Shown here: positions 53,913 to 64,000 of the stretch, in pieces
How the letters are laid out: every line of letters starts with the position of its first letter
Numbering within the stretch: position 1 is the stretch's first letter
DNA from: the human T2T-CHM13v2.0 reference genome, Homo sapiens
Direction: 5' to 3' (one strand)
DNA: 64,000 nt
NCBI RefSeq assembly: GCF_009914755.1
Contig: NC_060935.1
The notes under the pieces: generated by a model
The model's input: the letters and a program-made list of their open reading frames with translations, nothing else
Database searches by the model: none
Told to the model about the DNA's origin: nothing
Translations under genes and position numbers: made by a program

Positions 53913-54868
53913 TGTGGTAGGCAGAATTCTAAAAGGACCCCATGCTTCCTGCTCCCTAGCGTGCTTGCTGTGTAGAATCTAGTCCTCTAGACTGGGCATG
54001 GTGGCTCACAAATGTAATCCCAGCACTTTGGGAAGCAGAGGCGGGTGGATTACCTGAGGTCAGGAATTCAAAACCAGCCTGGCCAACATGGCAAAACCAC
54101 GTCTCTACTAAAAATACAAAAATTATCTGGGCATGGTGGCAGGTGCTGTAATCCCAGCTACTTGGGTGGTTGAGGCAGGAGAATTGATTGAACCCAGGAG
54201 GCACAGTTTGCAGTGAGCTGAGATCACATCATTGCCCTCCAGCCTGGGCGACAAGAGCAAAACTCCATCTCAAAAAAAAAGAATCTAGTCCTCTGGAATA
54301 CGGTGGGAACATAAATATGATGGATTTCATTTCATCCCATGATTAAGTTAGGGGATTGTGCAAATATAGTTAAGCCCCAAAACAATTCACTTTGAGTAAT
54401 CAAAAGAGAGATTGTCCTGGGTGGGCCTAACTCAATCAGATGAGCCCTTAACAAGGACTTCCTGAAGTCAGAGACTGGATTCATAGCTTGAGAGAGACAT
54501 GGTCCTCCTGGGCTTGAAGAAGTAGTAAATTTGCTATGGTGTGGGAGGGCCTATGAACAAGAGGCCTCTAGGAGCTGAGATTGACCTCCAGCTGACAAGC
54601 AGCAAGAAAACAGACCCTATGCCCTCTAACCACTAGGAAGTGAATTCTGCCAACAAACTGAATGTGCTTGGAAGAGAACCCTGAGCTATAGATGAGACCT
54701 GCAGCCCAGCTGACACTTTAATTGCAGCCTTATAAGACCCTGAGCAAAGGGCCCCATTGAGCCATGCCTGGACTTCCAACCTACAGAACTGTAAGATAAT
54801 AAAAGGGTGTTGTTGTAAACCTCCAAACTTGTGGGAATTGGTTCCACAACAATAGAAAAACCCATACA
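53913..54868 (+). mobile_element. MLT1(E/F)-type LTR interrupted by an AluS (53989-54280)
   Basis: tgtggtaggcagaattctaaa start and ...aatagaaaaacccataca end. Alu TSD agaatctagtcctct (53974-53988 and 54280-54294). Confidence 0.85.
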
Positions 54869-54910
54869 AGTATATACTCTTTTGTGCCTGGCTTCTTTCA
54901 TTAAACATTC

Positions 54911-55265
54911 TGTATTAGTCCGTTTTCACACTGCTGATAAAGACATACTCGAGACTGGGAAGAAAATGAGGTTTAATTGGACTTAACAGTTCCACATGGC
55001 TGGGGAGGCCTCAGAATCATGGCGGGAGGCAAAAGGCACTTCTTACATGGCAGTGGCAAGAGAAAATGAGGAAGATGTGAAAGAGTAAACCCCTAATAAA
55101 ACCATCAGATCTCATGAGACTTTTTCACTATCACGAGACTAGCACAGGAAAGACCAGCCCCCATGATTCAATTACCCATCCCTGGGTCCTTCCCACAACA
55201 CATGGGAATTCTGGGAGATACAATTCAAGTTGAGATTTGGGTGGGTACACAGCCAAACCATATCA
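54911..55265 (-). mobile_element. THE1-family solo LTR
   Basis: tgtattagtccgttttcacactgctgataaagacata...ccaaaccatatca, with TSD cattc. Confidence 0.92.
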
Positions 55266-55484
55266 CATTCTTTGGAGGGGATTTATCCATGTTATGTGCA
55301 GAAGTGGTTTGTTCTTTTCCATTGCTCCATTTTATTCCATTGTATGACTATATCATAATTTATTCGTGCCTTCTGTTTTTGGGCATTGAGGTTGTTTTCA
55401 GTTGTTCTGATTGTGAATAGTGCTGTTAGGAGCACTCTTATACGTACGTATTTTTGGTGTACATATGTGCTTGTGTCTGTTGAG

Positions 55485-56245
55485 TATTGCTAAAGATAAA
55501 TAAAGCTGGACACTAGTTAAAACAGTAAGGGCAGATTTTAATCAGTAACATGCTATTGCAATAAGATAGAGGTTCCAGTGTAAACTGAGCTCAACTTCAA
55601 TTTCTACAGAAGTGACTGAGTGTTTTACAGGGAGAAGGAGGGCATAGGGAGGTGGTCAGGCTGGGGCTCAGTAGAGTCAGGGAAGTGAAAAATCACAAAG
55701 GGCTGGTCAGTGTCCATGCAGGTTAGTCCAGCTGCATCTGTTAGCTGGCAGTTAACAAAGTCAGAATTCTGTCTTTCCACAGAGACTGGGAGACAGTGGC
55801 CCTATCCTTCCGATGATTCCATTTCAAAGGAATGGCTTATCAGGTCCTTGAGAAAGACACTCCTGAGTTGTAGGAGATACACATATGTCTCAAACGGACA
55901 GAGAAAGGATTCATGTTGTAAGCTCTTTTTAATAAATGTTCTGAGAACAAGTGACAGTGGTGCCTGTCATCCCGTGTCGGCTAAAACAAGCAGTCCATTA
56001 TTCTGGCAACCTTGAGTTTTCTTAGGCAGGAACTTTAAGGGAGGCTATGGCCATCTTAGTGATTGGGTCTTGAGCTTTCAGAGACTATGTTAGTGTTTGT
56101 TTAAGCCTTTTAATGTGGAGAGAAAAGGGATGGACAAAATCACTTATGTCGCGAGTCTGTTCTTTTCATAGGCCAAGGTGAGGCCTAGTTAAGAAGAGGA
56201 TTCAGAGGAGCCTGGCTCGGGTTTGGTTAAGAAAAGAACATTAGC
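55485..56245. mobile_element. Probable ERV1-class LTR relic inserted in L1 (family not assigned)
   Basis: Non-L1 composition interrupting antisense L1, which resumes at ...atatacctggggtggaattgctagg. Confidence 0.45.
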
Positions 56246-56846
56246 ATATACCTGGGGTGGAATTGCTAGGTCATAGGGTAGGTATGTATGATAGTTTTAG
56301 TAGATACTATCAAACAGTTTTGCAAAGTGGTTGTACCAATGTATATACTCTCAGCAGGGAATGAGAGCTCCCCTTGCTCCACATCCTTGCCAACACTTGA
56401 TAGTCTCAGCTTTGTTTTGTTTTGTTGATGTTGCTATTTTTACAGGTGTACAGTGGTGTCTCATTATGGTTTTAATTTGCATTTGCCTGATAATGATTTT
56501 GCATAACTTTTCACATGCTTATTTAGATATTCTTCTGTATGAAGTCTCTGTTGAAGTCTTTTGCCCATACTTTTATTGTGTTGTCTTCTCCTACTCTTTT
56601 GCTCCCTTTTTCACTCTCTAATGATGTCTTTGGATAAACAGAAGTACCTTTTTTTTTTAAGAGACAGTGTCTCTAATAAAAGCCTGGGAATGCAGTGGCA
56701 CAATCATAAAGCACAGAAGCCTCAAACTTTTGACTTCAAGCGATCTTCCCACTTCAGCCTCCCAAGTTAGCAGGGATTACAGGAAGATGCCACTGCACCT
56801 GGCCAGAAGTATTTATTTTAATAAAGCCAAATTTATCAATACTTTC

Positions 56847-57203
56847 TGTATTAGTTCTCACACTGCTATGAAGAAATACCTGAGACTGGATAATTTATAA
56901 AGGAAAGCGATTTAATCGAATCACAGTTCCACATTGCCAGGGAGGCCCCAGGAAATTTACAATCGTGGTGGAAAGCACCTCTTCACAGGGCAGCAGGACA
57001 GAGTGAGTGCAAGTAGGGGAAATGCCGGACGCTTATAAAACCATCAGGTCTGTGAGACTCACTCACTATCACAAAAACAGCATGAAGGAAACTGCCTCCA
57101 TGATTCAATTACCTCCACCAGGTCCCACCCTTGATACATGGGGATTATGGGGATTACAGTTCAAGGTGAGATTTGGGTGGGGACATGGAGCCAAACAATA
57201 TCA
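56847..57203 (-). mobile_element. THE1/MST-family solo LTR
   Basis: tgtattagttctcacactgctatgaagaaatacctgagactgg...ccaaacaatatca, with TSD ctttc. Confidence 0.9.
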
Positions 57204-57294
57204 CTTTCCTTTATTGCTGTTGACGTTTGCATCCTGTTTATGAAATCTTTCCCTACTCCAAGGTCATGTAAATGTTCTTGCTTACCTTCTAGAA

Positions 57295-58171
57295 CTGTGC
57301 TGTCCAAATACAGTAGCCACTGTTTCATACTTGAGATGTAGCTAGTGTGAATGAGGAACTGAATTTTTAATTTTTAAAATTTTAATTAATTTAAATTTAA
57401 AAACTGAAGCAGTGTAAAATGGTTTTCTATTAAACACAACTTTATTTGATAGGGTTACATTTCACTTTAACCATTAAAAATGTATCATCTGAACAGAGAC
57501 ATACTATATGTGTAAAATATGCATCAGATTCTGAAGACTTAGTATGAATGAAATAATGTAAAACATCTCATTAATAATTCTTGGCTCAGTGCAGTGGCTC
57601 ATGCCAAATGATGTTGCATAACTTTTCACATGCTTATTTAGATATTCTTCTGTCAGAAGTCTCTGTTGAAGTCTTTTGCCCATACTTTTATTGTATTATT
57701 AGCCCTTTTGTCATTGATTTGTAATCTGTATAGATTCTGGATATAAGTCCTTTGTTAGATATAAGAACTTTGAGAGGCTGAGGAAGAGGATTGCTTGAGT
57801 CCAGGAGTTCAAGACCAGCCTGGGCAACATAAGGAGACCCTGTCTCTATAGAAACTAAAAAAATTGGCCAGAGATGTTGACACATGCTCATAGTCCCACC
57901 TACTCAGCAGGTGTGAGGATCACTTAAGACCAGGAGGTCGAGGTTCAGTGAGCCACGATTGCACCACTGCACTCCAGCCTGGGCAAGAGACCAATACTGG
58001 TCACAAACAAATAAACAAATAAATAAAAAGTTGAAATGATATGATTTTTGAAATTGGTGGTAAATAAAATATATTAAAATTAATTTTATTTTTAAAACAT
58101 TTTTTATGTGGCTATTAGAAAATTTTTAATTACATGCATGGCTTGTATTATATTTCTATTGGACAACACTG
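57295..58171. mobile_element. MER33/MER3-like hAT-Charlie element containing an AluJ (57583-58029)
   Basis: TIRs ctgtgctgtccaaata / tattggacaacactg, with 8-bp TSD-like ttctagaa/ttacagaa. Confidence 0.8.
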
Positions 58172-58324
58172 TTACAGAAGCCTTATTATTTTTCCTTTCA
58201 CAGTCATATCTATGATGAAACTGGGATAGATTTTTGGGTATTCTGTGAGGTAAGGTGAAGGTTTACTTTCTTCCATGTTGTTATCCAATCAATTAAGCAG
58301 CATTTATTAAAAAGGCCATTCTTC

Positions 58325-58694
<370 letters not shown>

Positions 58695-59005
58695 TTACAG
58701 TGACAGTTTTGTTATAAATTAGGCAGTCTGTTTTGGGTCCTTCTCTTCTGTTTCACTGGCTGGTTTGTCTGACCTTGTTCCTGAATCACACTGTTTTCAT
58801 TATGTGGTTTTATAATAAATCGTCATAGTCTAGAGTAAATCCTTCACTTTGTTCTTCTTCAACATTGTCTTAGTATTCTTGGCCTTTGCATTGCCATGTG
58901 ACTTATGGAATGAATTCATCAATTTCTACAACATTTGCTGGGAATTTGAATGGGATTGTATTGAATCTATAGATAAATTTGGGGAGAATTAACATCTTTG
59001 CAATA

Positions 59006-59713
59006 CAGTAGTGTCCCCCTTATCCACAGGGGGTACGTTCCAAGACCCCCAGTGGATACCTGAAACCATGGATAATACTGTATTAGTGCATTCTCACACT
59101 GCTATAAATATACTACCCAAGACTGGGTAACTTATAAAGGAAAAAGGTTTAATTGACTCGCAGTTCCACATGGCTGGGAAGGCCTTAGGAAACTTACAAT
59201 TGTGGCAGAAGGGGAGGCAGGCGCATCTTACATGGTGGCGGGCAAGAGAAAGCATGTGCGAGAAGCAAAGCGGGAAGACCCCCTTATATAACCATCATAT
59301 CTCGTGAGAATTCACTATCATGAGAACAGCATGGGGGAGACCACCCCCAAAATCCAATCACTTCCCTCTCTCAATATGGGATTACAGGTCCTTCCTCTGA
59401 CACTTGGAGATTAGAATTGGAGATGAGATTTGGGTGGGAACACATAGCCGAACCATATCATTGTATTTACTACTACATTTTTTTTACTGTACATACATAC
59501 CTATGATAAAATTTAACTTATAAATTACCACAGTAAGAAATTAACAACTAATGATAGAATCATTATAACAATATACTGTAATAAAAGTTGTGTGCCTGTG
59601 ACCTAGCTCTCACAAAATATCTTACTGTAGTGTACTCACCTATTTTTTTACCACAGTCAACTGTGGATAACTGAAACTGAGGAAAGTGAAACTGTGAACA
59701 TGGGGTACTACTG
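59006..59713 (-). mobile_element. MER44-like (Tigger) element interrupted by a THE1/MST LTR (59079-59460), itself within L1
   Basis: ta|cagtagtgtcccccttatcc ... ggggtactactg|ta termini. Internal LTR tgtattagtgcattctcacactgcta...aaccatatca. Confidence 0.85.
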
Positions 59714-60429
59714 TAGCGAGTCTTCAAATCCATGGACATGATACATCCCTGAATTTATTGAGGTCTTCAATTTTTCTTAATGTTTTCTAGTTGTAGAGAC
59801 CTTGTACAATTTTCATTAGATATTTTCCCAGGCATGTGGGGTTTTTTAAATGCGGATTCAAATGATATGGTTTTTAATTGATTAAAGACGTTTGATAGCT
59901 TTATAATATTGAGTCTTCCATCTAAGAACACCTTATAGCCCTCTATTTAGTCAGATTTTTAAAAATTATTTACATTTTACAGTATTGTTGATAAAGGTAT
60001 TTTGCATTTCTGAAGGTTTATTTCTAGATAGTCATTTTTCTTGCTTATAATACACAAAAGAAAAATACTCGTAAGTATAGAGCTTTTCACACATTGAACA
60101 CATACATGTAATAGGAGTTAGATGAAGACGTAACATTACCAGAACCCCAAAAGTCCTCTGTTTCTTTCAGTCACTAATCCCACATGGCTACCATCTACCA
60201 CAAAGATAACCACTGATTTCTAACAGTATTCATTAGGTAAATGTAACCTTTTCTTTCAACATTTTTTTTTGAGATTTATCCTCATTGTTTCTTGTGGTTG
60301 CATTATTCTTCTGGTACACTATATTTCATTGTGGGAATATACAGTGATTTATCTGTCGGTTCTGTGATTGACTATATGGTCATTTAGGTAGAAAAACAAT
60401 TGAATTCATCTACTCTACCAAACTCTAAT

Positions 60430-64000
<3,571 letters not shown>

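Overview
This is primate DNA, and the coding sequence matches human as I recall it. The window covers the 3' end of MICAL2 and the start of the downstream MICALCL (Ebitein1) segment, all on the + strand; the human locus is 11p15.3, recognised from recalled protein sequence rather than a search. Splice-site and phase checking gives five shared MICAL2 coding exons (3141-3203, 9600-9707, 10742-10928, 12425-12513, 13752-13854), including the LIM domain. The donor at 13854 has three possible outcomes. (i) Splicing to 16437 gives the short C-terminus VHFSLPVLHPLLG*, with AATAAA at 17721. (ii) Read-through into the intron gives a 91-aa hydrophobic tail. (iii) Skipping the poly(A) site joins a phase-compatible chain of exons (29940-30123, 34889-35055, 41045-41122, 46112-46266, 47530-48832) that fuses MICAL2 in frame to MICALCL. 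The rest is intron or intergenic DNA rich in Alu, L1, L2, MIR, LTR and DNA-transposon relics, and is almost all repeat after ~49 kb. Non-gene oddities are a perfect 40-bp-arm palindrome (50480-50566), a locally templated insertion inside an Alu (57607-57763), a diverged ~250-bp local duplication, divergent CTCF-like motifs and an AP-1 cluster upstream of the MICALCL start. No rRNA, tRNA or CRISPR features were seen. I found no wholly new biological system; the most significant structure is the MICAL2/MICALCL three-way C-terminal switch, which is probably at least partly annotated already. Repeat subfamily names are by eye and need RepeatMasker/Dfam confirmation.
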